The notes below the pieces were generated by a model. That model searched no databases, was not told where the DNA came from, and was given only the letters and a program-made list of their open reading frames with translations. A DNA stretch of 64,000 nt, from assembly GCA_000708835.1 (NCBI GenBank), contig DF237449.1, positions 3,848 through 67,847 of the forward strand, read 5' to 3'. Positions 50,280-63,700 of the stretch are shown one piece after another; the stretch's first letter is position 1, and each line of letters starts with the position of its first letter. This stretch comes from Klebsormidium nitens (lineage: Eukaryota; Plantae; Klebsormidiophyceae). The translations under genes were made by a program, and so were the position numbers.

Positions 50280-51749
50280 GCTTAAGGCCGAAGGACGGCA
50301 AACTGAGCAGCACAGCTGACTCTACAGAATGGGAGGCAAGAGCTCCTGTACCCTCCCTTCCTAGCTGAAGATCTGACGCTCCACTTCGGAGATGGCACAG
50401 AAATGCAAACCTTGCCAAGTGCATGGAGCACTGACCTACCCTAGGCATGAACAATCTGCAATGTTAAAAGTCTGTTGCAAGCTGCTGAAATCCTCTTCAA
50501 GCCGCTTGATGCAGATATCGACGGTTGCATTGCTTGAGGGCCAATCGGCGGGTCTTTTCACAGAGGCCTATTAATGTTCAGTATCGAAAGGTGAACGTCC
50601 AGCGCACGCCTTACAATGTTTTGCAGGTCGATGGAGCCTTTCTCCGTCACTGGTGTCAGTGTCAAGGAAGCCAACATGTTGCGGTTGTGCGGTTCTCTGT
50701 CGATGGTTCAAGACTTGCCCCACGGGCTGCTCGTCCTCCTGCGCACAGTGGCGGTTTATTGGTGCATCTGCCTGTGTCTCACCTGCTGCGGCCCTCTCAT
50801 TGACGCTTGATCGCGAAGGCTGTTGAATTCAAGTCCAGCGACCACGCAGCATTGCTAGGATTCTCCGCAGTGTGGATGACATCTTCAGTTCAAGAAGCTC
50901 AAGCAAAGTATTGGATTTGATAGTTCGAAAAAGCAGTGCGGTGCTTTAAGTGTGGTGTCAGAAGGAGGAGGCGCTTTCGGGCAGGAAGTTAGACAGCACG
51001 GTTGGTTGACAGTGTGGCAAGATGGCGTCTTCCGGGGCTCTCCTGGTTGCTGCACCGGTTTCCCGAATTACGTGTTCCAGCATGGTGAGCTGTGAACGTG
51101 GACGTACAACTACATCTCTTTCTTTCATTCCTTATGGCAACGCCTTATGCATTTTTTGCACAATTGTGCCCTTCTTCTGCACCTGCCATGAGCAGAAGTT
51201 TCGACATGGCAAGTGAAGTTTGCCACCGTCAGCAAGGCTGGTGATTTGGTTGTCCCCCATCTTTATGTTGCATCAAAAGGAAAACTTTCTTGCATGTCAG
51301 GTTGTACCACCATGCACATAGTTCACATTTGTCGTCTGCTCGCATGCGCCTCCTTGAAATTCTGCTACGTTGCTTCTCTGATTGGTGCTGCGGGTGTATC
51401 GTCATGCCTGCAATTCAGGGAAAGTCACCAAGAGCTGCGGTCTGGTTGCACTTCATCACATATAGCACTGAAACTGGTGGCTGAATTGAATTTGCTTCAG
51501 GCGGTCCTATCTGCCAAGGCTTTCCCTCCCTGATCCAACTCTCTTTGCAACCCTCCAATGTTTCCAGCAGTAGCCCCGTCTCCATCTTCTCTTAGTTTTA
51601 CGAGCCCATAGCCTCTTCGGCTATGGCGTAATTGAGAAGAAGGCAATATTTTGCATTGAAAAGCCCCATTTTTCATCAACTCCCTCATCTCCTCTTTTCA
51701 GAGCATCATCCGCCGTCCCGCTTTTTGCCTCTCCCAGCCATGCACTCCC

Positions 51750-54700
51750 ATGGCAACCCACCCAAGGCCACGCAACCCAATCCACAATAGCGGGTTCTTC
51801 AGTAACCCAGCTTCAACCAGCACGCCCAGCCTCCTGATAGCAGCAGGGGGCAAGAAAGACAAGCTGAAGAAGCGCCGGAAAGGGCGACGAGACTCCACTG
51901 TTCACAAAGCTCTGGGCCCGGGGGGTGAGAGTGTTCTCACGGTGACTTCGAGATTGTCCCCTGAGGAGGTTTGGGAGAGGGAGGAGCGGCGATGGGAGAG
52001 GGAAGAGCTGCGCTGGTTGAGGGAGGAACAGAGGTGAGCAGTTGCAATGGGAACGTGGAGTGTGGGAAGTCGGCAAACTGATGGCCAGGCTGCCGGGTTT
52101 GTGAATAGTGTGCGGTCTTAATGTGTGGGCATGGGAATGTGGCTAGCTTATGCTTCTGCTTTGACGACGTTCAGGTTGTGGTTAGGCAGGGGGTCGAGGG
52201 GTTGATTGAGCAAGGCTGTGAGAAGATAAAGATAGCTCGGTATGGAGAGGAATGGCTTCATCGTTTAACTGCAAGAGCAGCTGAGCCAATTGTCCCTCGC
52301 CACTGAGAACTGGTCCTGTAAGAAACTTTGTAAACTGTTTACTTTGCCAGCGATGCCAGAGAGTCACCCTCATTCCGGGGAGAAGAAAGGCCCAGCTTCT
52401 GCTGGTCATGATATGCTGATTTAGTATCGACCTCAATTGTGTTTGCAGATCGCTGTGTCTGCATACAGAACCTTTTGTTTTCGCTGCAAATTTAGGCCTC
52501 AGTCAGGGCTTCACCCCACTTCGTTAAGTGGTTGCTTACTTTACGGTTGTCCCTGCACTAAGTTTAGTGCAGAAAACTTTCAAGTACTCTTAAGGGAAGA
52601 AGCAGATTGGCATAGAGCAACATGTCATTCATGTGTTTACAAGGGAAAATGTCATCAGAACGCGGTTTTCTTTTTGTGCAGAACCATCCTCAGATAAGCT
52701 CCGACTTAAAAGGTTTGCACTAGCTTTCCTCCACTTTTTTTCATGCACTGGTGACTAAAGAACTCTTACGGGGTGCGGCATAATGCGAGGAGTGAGCTCA
52801 CGAAAAGAAGGTCGCAGTAGCCCATATTGCTATTGGTGTTACTGCTTAGTCCCCGTTCTTCTGCAGAGGTGGCTCGAGGAGGGATTTCGGTGTGAGCGAT
52901 TGGCCCAAGAACAGGTGCCTTCAAAATCTGCTATTCCGGTCCTTGCGTCACGGCCAGCATATCCTCAATTGTCGCTCAACAAACACTTGATTTTGGTGTA
53001 GGTGGTTGAAGGAGGAATCGCGGTGGGAGCGGGAACGTGAGGAGTGGGCCCAAGAAGAGGCCCAGTTGCAAAACCACATTGAGGCGCTGCGAGCGTCCTT
53101 CGCTGAGACGCAGCTAGAGGCGCAGAGCCGAGCGGATGCCATGCGGCTGTCGATCCAAGAGGAGTCGGCGCAAGCACAGGTAATGTCTCGTTTGTTCCGC
53201 CTCCTCATTTGACTTCCAGTTTTAACGGAAGTCTCACGGTTCTGGCTCTTTGTTTTGCATTCAGTGCATGGGGTTCAACATTTGCAACGCGGCACTCAAA
53301 ATCACTAGAAGGTGGACTGTGCACGCATGGGGTGCCTCTTTTATACTCCTGGTGTCCTTTTTCGCTTCTTGCTTCTGCTTTGGCTGAGCGGACATCTTGC
53401 GGCAATCAGGAGACTTTGAAGAAGGAACCGGCAAACGCGTTTCTGAAGCGTCCGTTTCAACAGAAAGGGTGAGTCGTATTTGAAATCCGGGAATCAAATC
53501 GAAAATCGAGAGTCAAATGCTAGCCGATCTGAGGATCGTTGCCAACTGTCCATGATCGGGCTTGTCAATATTTGGCGAGAGAAGCAAGAGGGGAATTATG
53601 CATTAGACTTGGAAAAAGATGGCCTCTGGAGACATCGGTCCTACATCGTTGCTCTTTGCCAGCATGTCCTTCTGCTTTATGAGAACATTGTACGTTTCCT
53701 TCCGGTTGTTTGGGCTCGACTTTTTTTTCTAAAGACTGCACCGAGTTGTAAGCTCTCCATATCATTGTCGGCGTATCAGAAGGTCAGGGGCAACGCGTCA
53801 AATCCGGTTTAAGGCGCAACTTACCTCGTGATAAACGCGACCATTCGCTGATCCAATCACTTCCCGAGTTGTGCGCTCTGCTTTTCAGATGGTGGGCGAA
53901 GCCGCTTTGGGGGCGCAGCTAGCAATTGATGGAGAGCTCCAATTGGCGCGCGCCAGGTGGCGCGAGGAGGAGCAGGCGCTGCTGGCCGAGGTGGACGCGC
54001 TCAAAACGGCTCTGGCGGAGGTACTAGACGAAGCAAACGCCAAGGCGGAAGCAGCCAGGATGACGTGGCAGAAGCATGAGGCGACGCTGCAGGTGAGGGA
54101 CAGATGCTGACGCGTCCAGCAAATGCCACATTTTCCTTTCGGTTGTTAGCACTTGGTGTTGGTTGCCTCCAGGTTTCGGTCTGGCAGACAGACAGCTTGC
54201 TTTCAAGGCCCCACAAGTTTTAGGGAGTCTCGGGACTGCTTACATTTCTATCTAGATTGTTTCTAGGCTCGAAAGGCTCTGTGCACCAAGAGTGTCCGCC
54301 AAGGTTTGTCCACCGGGAACACTCTCATCCGGTGGCTCAGGCGGTGGTCGACAAACTCAAAAGCACAGCAACAAAGTAGCTTGTTCTCGTTTTCAAGCTA
54401 CATACCCAAAGCGCTGCGGCCGATTCAGCTTCCGACCTTTGACATCTCTCAAGAAAAGAGTCATTTCTGACACTCCGCGTCATTCGTTTGCAGGCGGAGA
54501 TTGCGCAGTTGAAGCACTCCCTGCTGGAGGCCCAAGCGGTGGCGCAGGCGCGCAACGGAGGCAAGTCCGCGAAGCCCACCAAGCCGGCAAGCGAGAAGGC
54601 CCCCAAGATGGAGAAGCCCGAGACGATCGTAAGACCGGCGCCGACAGCGGAGGAGATCATCGCAGCTGTCGCTTCAAGGACGCCGACACCAATGAAACCG

Positions 54701-57700
54701 GAGGTGATGATCCGGTGTTGTTTTTTCTTGTTCCTGAGTCTTCTAACTCTTATTATCCTCAGTGTGTCCATCATGAGCTTTTCGGGCCGAGGCTTCGACT
54801 TCTACAGAGCGCCAAGTCATTGACTGGCGTCACTGATATCGGACTGGACGTTGAGTGCCCCATCTTGAAGTCGCACGGGGTCCTTGCTGAAAGGTATGGC
54901 AACCTGGCCGTGAAAACAGCATGTGATTATGCGGAGCCACCCAGAATATGTCGACTCCTGAGCCAGCTAATAGGTGGCGAACGTCCAAGCCTTCGTTGGA
55001 TTGTGCAGCCAACCGATCTCTTGGGAGCTACTCTTCTGTTCGGTTGTGTGGTGCAAGGTCGTTGATGACAATGATACGCGCTGTGGTCAGACACGAGGCA
55101 ACCGCATGCCCAAATCTGTCGTTCAGAGGCGCACAGAACGAGCGCAAAGAGTCTACTTGACAGCATCAAGGTCCTGCACGTCGGGTGGCTGTGTCCAGTC
55201 TATATTGTCCGTGTGTGTGATTGCCAGTTTGATTGTTGTGAACGTGGTACTTCAGGTCCTGGTCTGAGCTACGACAGTTGAAATGTGGACGACGGCTGAA
55301 AACACTGTCTGGTTGCTAGATCGTCGAAGTTTGTGACGGTTGGCAGCTCTCCGGTCAGCCTTTTCCTCGGTTGTGTCAGCAGACAGTATACTGAAACCTC
55401 TCAAAGGTGATCCACCAAGTAAACGTGACCGCACGCTCAATTCGTATAACGTCAACGCGAAGGCAGATCATTATATAAAGATGGGGCACGCATTCGGTGG
55501 CACGGAAATTGTATCTGCTTTGCCCCGTAGCAAAGAAACGGCCTCTACTTGCTTTTTCGTTGATTCTGTGATCAATGCGGTCTTGAGTCCTTTTAACCCT
55601 TTTCTGCTCCTCTCTTCCGGGTTGGAAATAAGAGAGATATCAACTTTGATCGACCTTCTGTGGCTTGCAAACATGAGCAAAGCGCTGCACAAGGTTCGAT
55701 GCTCACAATGGGGCCCTGCAGAATTGATGGCGTTGGCAATGATGACAAACCCCTGGCATTTGTGAAGCCAGGAGTTTTCGGTCATGTGACAGGAAGCCAA
55801 AGTCAAGCTTGTCAGGCTACAAGATGAGGAACCGGAGCCGTTACCGTAAGTGTAGGCTGCGTTGATGGCCTTCTGTCTTTGTTCCAAAACAGCTAAGTTT
55901 GTATTCTTGTCCAATGGGGCGAGGAGCAGAGTCCCTTCTACCTCCTTTCTGCTTAGCTGGCTGGATGCAAAGTATGAGAATAAGAGGGTTTTGAAAGTCT
56001 GCGCGTCAGAGAAGTAACACGAGCGCTTAGGGGCCGATGAGGCAATCAGGCCATCTCTCTATGTGGAATTGGGCATTGGCTATGACGAAAGGACACTGCG
56101 CGTTCTGGGAAACGCGGGATATGTACATGTGTCGCGCTCCGGCAGCTACTTGGATGTAGCTCTTGCTTCCTGTATGGAGTTGTGCCTGCCAGCATCGTGA
56201 GTCGCTTGCGTCATCATGAACGCCTTCCATGCCCTTGCAAGTGCTTCGCTTTTGTACTAAAGATCGCCCGAAGCAAAGGCAGTGGGTTGAAGTTTTGGAA
56301 GACTTGCGACGAAAAACGGTCATTGGTCGCCTGACAAGCTGGCAACAAGTGCAGACTGCCTTGGATCAGACTTTGCGAAGCTGTACGACTATGCGCTTAT
56401 GCAAAGGTGTGCCTGCGTTTTCTAGCCGGTTCCGTCCACTTGAAGCTCACCATCGTGAAGAGGACGGGTGTCCAACCATCATAGCTGAAACGTTTTTTCT
56501 TGGTTTCTTTCTGACCGTCAAGCATATGTGGCATTGGAATGTTTCTGTTGGATTTGCAACTGTCAGAACTGTTGGTGAGTGCAAGACGCCATGTACAAAG
56601 TGGGTGCCTACAGTGTTGCAAAATCAGGATTGTCCTTGTTTATTCGCTGCCCTCGAACGTGCCTTTGGTGATGATCAAAGCACACCATATACTGGTTGTG
56701 AAGTTGCCAGGCCTTTTCCAGAGGTGTGTGACGCCAATTTGCTTTTTAAGGTCTGTCCTTTCATTCCCGCGAGGACGTGATATTAGACTTAAGTTGCAGG
56801 GTGTTGTATTCGGAATCTGTGACAAGGTCGGAACACGCAGTCTGGTCATACCGTCTGTCGGATACCGTTTTAAAAGCCGATTGAAGATATGTCACTCGTG
56901 CGGGTCCACAGGTCAGCAAAGATGAGCGCAACTTTGGCTGCTACATAGCCACCGGATTGTCTCCATCAGAAGTTGAATTTATCTGTTGGGCATGTCTGGT
57001 TCATGCGTGAAGTGTCTTGACTTCGTGCTCATTCGGTGGTATGTGGCAAGAAGTTGTGCGACTGAACGTTAGCAATTGTTTGTCTTCTGAAAGTATGCTC
57101 TCACGAGGTTTTTCAATCTTACAACGACCTTTCACCCGCTCAAACAAGTTGACGCTTTGCGCATTCCTACCAGTCCGGCAACAAAGAGTAAACCCGTATC
57201 GACCTCTGTCTGCATGTGGGCAGCAACTCGGAGGATTGTCATATGCATAAAACCTATGCGTTGCCTTCAATCGGCTGTCCTGTTTATGGTAACATTATTC
57301 CATCGGATCCGGCAGGACTTGCACTGACTTTCGGTTGAGCATTGGGAGTTTTATGATTGCCGCTTAGTTTGGGACTGTGCATGCTGATTGTGCTACCTTT
57401 GGCAATGAGGAGCGAGGTCTTGCCACGATAAGGCATCAACATGGAGGTTACGGAATGCGAAGCTTCGTTCACTGACTCATAATCGCGAAGGCTGCGCACA
57501 TGACGTTTGATTCTTTACCTTTGAAGCGACATTACATCTGAAAACTTTGTCTGCTCGCAATCTATCTTTCCTTCTAGCAGTATCTACGTGTTTCGCGCCA
57601 TCTACGTCGCTAGGACACTACGTGTCCGGTGTGTACACATCCGTTGTGCATCTCGCGAAAGAATTGTAAGCCACTTACCTCCGCATCTTTTCCATGTCGC

Positions 57701-60700
57701 CACGCCACGTTTCGTGGTAAAGTCATTCAAGTGGTCTCAGAAGCGTCTCGCCATGCTGAGCGATAGTCCGCTCTCTGCTCCGGTTTGTCGAAGCGTTGTT
57801 GGTGATGGCGATGACGAATGTACGTTGGCCAGCTTTTGCAGAGCCAGCAACGCCTGTCACGGACGCCAGACTTTAAAGTCGGTGACGTCAATCGAGGGTC
57901 TTTCAGAATATTTCCCTTTGCCCAGCATTCGCTTTCAAAGCAACGGGAAGCAAGCGGTTGCGAAGGGTTTGATTTCGCTTTCCCTATGTCACCGATTCCG
58001 TGTCCCTGAATTGTCTTTTGTTCCGTGACTGTCTTGCTCGCTTTCAAGGTTGCGTAGAACCACAGCAGGCTGAGAGAATTTCCTGGGGACGTTTGAGATA
58101 TTCGGCGCATACGGCGACGTGTGAGCTATTTTAGGATTTTACGGATTTACGGTTTTGAAAAGCGAAGCGTATGCAGTGATGTGGTCAAAGATGTCGGACG
58201 GCCTTGCCTTGTGGGCATAGAGGTACTGTACTGCCTGAGACGCTGGGACGCTCTACAGGAATATCTGAGGCTCAGGGGCGCTCGTCCACTTTTCCTTTCT
58301 TCTGCTTTGGCAGCCGACTCGTTCTTATTTGGGTAGCCCGAAGCACTTCTTCAATCTCTCAACAGAAGGATAACGTGTAATGCTGCCACAACAAGCAAGT
58401 TGGATGCTTGCCTCGTTGCCGGAGGGAGACTGTTCGTGCACTCCTACCAAACCGCAACCTAGCAAAGACACGCCTGAAGTCCTATGCTCTGAGAGCAGAT
58501 GTATACTGAGAAGTATTTGCGGTGCTATAGAAGTCGAGGCATGTAGTGACGACTCAGTGAAAGGCAATGACGAAGAAACATGTATAGCACTGGCACAGGT
58601 TGCCAACCTCGTTTCGAGATCTGCCGTCCATGCATGTGCTTTCTCTTACTGGTTGTGAAAGATGCTTGCAATATGCCCGGTACAAATCAAACCGGCGTCC
58701 TCAACCACAGTAGACGGAACAGAATCCCGCAAAAAAGTTTCACTTTGAACGGCTGTAAATTCTCGGTGCAAACTTCTTTTCCGGCAGGTAAAGGGCGTCT
58801 TCAAGACCTCATTTTCCAACGGCGCCGCCGCAACGAACGGCGCCCCCAAAACCGCCCCCCCTGCCGCGCACCGAACTTTGCGCTACGGCGCCGAAGGCCC
58901 CGACGTAAAAGCAGTCCAAGCAGAGCTCGAACGCCTCGGCTTCTACTGCGGCGAAGAAGAAATGGAAGCGGATGCATACGAAGACGGGACCGATACTGCG
59001 GTGAAGTCGTGGCAGTGCAGCGTGGGGGTGAGAGAAGACGGAGTCCTGACACCCGAGCTGCAGGTGCTCCTTCTCGGGGGGGTCGTCGCTGGGGCAAAGC
59101 AGGGGGGGGCGGCGGTAACGGAGGCGCGTGTTGAGCAGAAAGACAGAGAGGTGGAGAGCGAGCGGTTTGCGAGGACGGCGGCAGAGGGGAGCGTGTCTGG
59201 GAGCACCCGGCGGGTGTATTTACTAGGGGAGAACAGGTGACTCCGGCTCGACCGAGATTCCGTGTCCAATAGCCTTTTTGTCCGTGTCTTCACCGCACTC
59301 ATGCGGCTTAGATGCAAAGGGTTTTTGAGTATGCTCACGTGTCTCTCTTGCTACGGGTTCTTCTGCTCTGTGGCCTGTCATTTGGCTGCAGCGTGACAAT
59401 CATTGAGGGTTTGCCGCTAGTCACCGTATGAGGCGTCGTAAGATCCATCATGCACAGGTAGCTTGTGAGCATCTCTATTCCGTTCCGGTAGGACGGTTGG
59501 AACCTGTAGTAAGTTTCCATTATACTGTCAAGCAGTCGCATACTCAAATCTTCAAAGGTTGCGCTCTAAGATCAGCTTTCGAGCTAAGAGAAAAATTCTG
59601 CTGATCGACGACGCGTCTCCCACAGGTGGGAGGAGCCAGATCGTCTTGTTCCGAACAGCGCCAAGGCCATGGCTGTTGGCATGCAAAAGTGCTTCGCTTG
59701 CAAGGGGGAGGGCAAGGTCATGTGCACTGGTAAGTGCTCGGTTTCATCGTCCTTTTCATAGCTGCTTCTGTCCATTACGCAGCGAGTGCGCATGTGGCCT
59801 GGGAACGAAGCCTCAATGTTGCGAGCCGCTTTCGCCATTTGAAGGAGGGTCCTCGGAAGTGGAGGATTTGGGACTCAGCTTGCATGTGGGCCAAACACAT
59901 CACGCGTAGCCTCTTCAAAAGAAAGTACCAAGTCTTCGTCCGGATTGTCCCGAACAGACATGACAGAACGGCAAAGGGTCTCCAGTTCTCAACGCACCTT
60001 CTTGAGAGTCCACCGGTGCTTGTTGCCTCTCCGCATTCCAGCCCGTTCTGGTTCATCCATCAATCTTGGTCTCAATTCTGGTCAATTTTTTTGCGAAGCC
60101 GGTCAAGGTTCAGTGAATGCCCGTTTTGTGCCTGCAGAATGCGAAGGAACAGGGGACATGAACGTGGAAGAACAGGTGAGACTGCCCGCCAGAACGGTGC
60201 CCTCACGATCGGAGTCGCTACTATGAGTTCGTTGGTTGGTGCTCTCGACGAGTCTCTTCAAAGGCTGCCACATTCAGGAAAGTCGGGGTTCCGGAACCCC
60301 CGACTCTGTCGAAAAATAATGCCTGGGCGATGAGGAGCTAGGGCTGCTGGTATACAGAACAGCTGCTTCACCTGATGGAATTTGTTTTTGCAGCGCTCAA
60401 GCATCGTCGCCATTAGAATGTTTCTTAGGCGTGAACAAAGCAGGGCTTGATTGTTACGCCAGGAGACGCATCCTTGTACTCTCTCGTTAGCACGAGCGCA
60501 CGAGTGCACGCCGGGATCTTCTAAGCAATGTCGGTGCTTGATGTTTGTGGGCAGAAGGCTAAGCTGCACCGCCCATATCCTTCATAGAAAACGGTGTTTC
60601 GAACCTGGGTTTCTGCTCTTCCTGAATAAGATTCCGTGTTTTGGTGCAGTTTCTGAGTTGGGCGGGAGAGGATCCCAGCTGCCCCTACTGCAACGGCACC

Positions 60701-60760
60701 GGTGCAACCGACTGTGACTCGTGCCAGGGGAGTGGCATAGAGAAAATCTTGATCAGCTAG
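51750..60760 (+). CDS. PTAC5: Plastid transcriptionally active chromosome protein 5 (coiled coil + peptidoglycan-binding-like domain + DnaJ-type zinc finger)
   Basis: Exons 51750-52033, 53002-53179, 53889-54092, 54494-54703, 58788-59236, 59626-59729, 60138-60175 and 60650-60760 sum to 1578 nt (525 aa). Motifs: RWLREEQRW, LRYGAEGPDVKAVQAELERLGFYCGEEEME...TAVKSWQCSVGVREDG, RVYLLGENRWEEP, CFACKGEG..MCTECEGTG, CPYCNGTG..DCDSCQG. The true start may lie upstream of 51750. Confidence 0.95.
52861..52920 (+). repeat. Decayed intronic copy of the pTAC5 exon 2 acceptor and exon start
   Basis: CTGCAGAG|GTGGCTCGAGGAGGGATTTCGGTGTGAGCG..TTGGCCCAAGAACAG (RWLEEGFRCERLAQEQ) versus the real TGTAG|GTGGTTGAAGGAGGAATCGCGGTGGGAGCG...TGGGCCCAAGAAGAG (RWLKEESRWERE..WAQEE); 133-bp offset. 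Confidence 0.7.
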
Positions 60761-63700
60761 ACGTTGGCTTCAGCTTTTACTTCTTGCGGCATGGTGGTTT
60801 AGTATATATGCTGAACAATCCACGGATATGCAATTGATAGGTTGCTGTTGTGCTCGCTGTTGGATTAAGCGTCTCGTCACGCTCTTATTGTCAGGACGTA
60901 TGTTGGACGGATCCTGTGCCTTCAGGGCGTCTCCCTCTCTTTGCTGCATTTGGTGGTCAGACAACCTGGCAAGCCTTCAATCAGATTCCATCACTGCCAA
61001 GTTGGCGGTGCTACCATCAGTCGGACCTTACGTCATGTGGATTCAAACGACCGTTGGACTCCTGTCCAAGTTGTTAGCATGGGCATTATGTGGGTTTATT
61101 TGTTACGCACTTACTAGCTCTTCAGACCTGAAAAGGCCATCTCAACACGTCCTAAGTTCTGGACGTCGTCCTTGTTCCTACTTGTCCGCTGGTAAACAAC
61201 AAACTCGGAGTAGGGGTTCTTTTGACGACGGTGTACCGTAAGAAGCCGGCGTTTTGTTAGATGCAACCTGTCTACAATGAGTCTTGCTGAAGCGGCTTGA
61301 TTTCCCTTCTATTTTTGTTACCGCGTTAAAAGCGAAGGCTCTTTTTGTCCGTTATCTGGGTCACTGACGCTGGCAATGAGGCGGGACCAGTCTTTGGATC
61401 GCCAGCCTTTTCTTCGACAAGTCGGACTTAGCGTCCGGTTCGCTTTCGACTCGCCCTTGTGACTGCCCACTTGCGATTGCTACTTGCTCCAAGAAAGGGG
61501 CTTCGTCAAGCTAGCGCCCCAATTGAATCTTGCTGAATAAGTCCTGCGGCGCTAGGATCAGGCCTTTGTGAACGTGACACACGCGGTACGTCATTTGTGT
61601 TAACTCAGTGATGCTGAATGATGCCAATGAGTATATAGCAGGTGACCGCTGTTCTGAAGTTCTTTGTTCGAGCCTACACATGCACTTTGCTTTCGCCACG
61701 TGTCAAACTGGTGTCGTATTCACTTTTATTCCGATACGTCGATCTTATGACGGAATCTTGGCAAAAAAGATGTCGAAAGTGTTCCACAAAAGGCCCCTTT
61801 CGGCAGTGACGATACATTGCCTGGCTCCCGCGTCTGCGTGAACCAAGCGACCTTTAGTGTTGCCTAAAGAATCTTTGCAGATTGGATCCAATTGCGTTCA
61901 TTCTCAAGGCGAAGGCAGCGGGCCTCACCTTCGTTTGTGAGAGTCTCATTCGGTTCCCTTGACATCTCCTTACAGAAGATTGGCTTCGTGTGCAGTGCCG
62001 CATTTTAGTTTTCTGCAGGAGACACGTCTTTGCTGTACCAGCAAATCAAAGTTGCGTGTCAACGCTCAGATTTCCCTACTTTATCCACGAGAGCTATATA
62101 CTGCAAGACGCACGCTGTGCACCGACTGTCTTAAAAGCATGTTTACAGGATTCCTTCCTGCTATTGTCGGCTGATTGGACGCAAGGACCCATTTTCTGCT
62201 CGGTTTAACATGTCTAGTCGGACAGGTCTGCTTGGCAATCTTGCATGCTGGTGCATGAAAGTGACTCGATCAGTTGCATCTAGTCGGGCTCGATCAGTTG
62301 CATCTAGTTCTCCGGTAGTGCTTGACTTCCAACCGCCTATTAGATCAACCGCAAAGCGACGTCTATTTACTCGCTTCTTGGTACGGCTTTTCTTTGAGCC
62401 TAGAAAACACTCTTGAGGCTTCATTACCAGTTACATGTAAATAGTGTAAACAGGTGTCGCCACTTCGCCTGGGCAAACTGGGCTGGCGATGATCAATGCA
62501 CGTTCGTGGCTGCAGCGAAGCCAGTGCTTTTACCCTTGATGAAGCCAGGGCCTACGTAAAGTTTATGAGGTGTCTGTAGCAGAAATCTTTTGGGACCAAG
62601 AGTCCGTCGAGGTTAGCAGCATAAGCAGTGCATTCCTTCTTCTTTCTCAGCCCTGGTTGTGTTTAGTCATTGCTGCAATTGCGGCCTCCCCGATCAACGG
62701 CTTGGTATGTCGATTTAGAGCAGCATCTGCTTCTGTTATTTTTAGCCCGTTCTTGCCCCTGAGTTACTTTACTCTCAAGACTTGTCTCAAATAGACGCTG
62801 ATTGTTCCGACTCAAAGTGAAAGGTTGTGGGCCGATAGTGCTTTCTCGCGAACGGACGTGGTCAATCGAAAGGAGACCCAGGCAAAGGTCGGTCTCCTTT
62901 TACGGCCTGGCAAGATGGCAGAATCAAGAAACTCGTCCGCTTTCAAGCGGCAATCACGAGAGTTGTGCTGGGGTTAATCGCGGCCCTATCGCGAGTTTCG
63001 CAAACTGCTTTTTCAAACGACAACAGTCGCAAGTGCTCGTCCACTGATGTTTCCGATCTCAGTGGAGTGCATCAACGAGTAAAGTCGTCGAAGTGATGTG
63101 CGCTGTCAGAACGGCCTTCATTATCCATGAACGGAGCGTCCTCATCCGTACGTGTGCAACGCCACCTTCAAATGGGCGCCGAATAGAAACGGAACGTCAT
63201 GGGTGCCTGTACGATTCCTTGTTGGCGAGATGACGGAAGAAATCAAGTTCTATCATTGTCCCTCTTCGGCAATGATAAACTTCGCGCGCGCTTGGCTGCA
63301 TGAAAGCAGTCATCTTCGCTTTGTCTTGGGGACGAGCTAGCGGCTGTAATGAACCTACCTTCAAGTTGTACAGGATGTCCGAGTCGAGGTTGGAGCAAGT
63401 CTGCATTGACCTGGTACATGCTCCATTCAAGTGATCAGGGTGCAAGCGTAAACGTGGGTCTCCCGAAACTTGTTTTCAGGACCAGGTTTTCTTTCCATTC
63501 CCAAACTTTTGAAACTTTAAGTAGAGGAGAGACGTGGGTCGTGTTGGCGATGATTTCGGGATCTGGCTGGCGAAGCCATTTCTCTTTTCCTAGAGAGCAA
63601 GACGCCAAGCACCCGCCAGGGAAGGTGAAAACGGCAGAGCGCTTCCCTCAAAGTTCGGTGTTGTCTTGGCAGGCCCCATTTGGCAATCCGCCCACTGGTC

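Noticed and set aside
54292-55065. 257-aa plus-strand ORF
   Set aside because: It overlaps pTAC5 exon 4 in another frame, crosses clear splice sites and has no coherent protein features.
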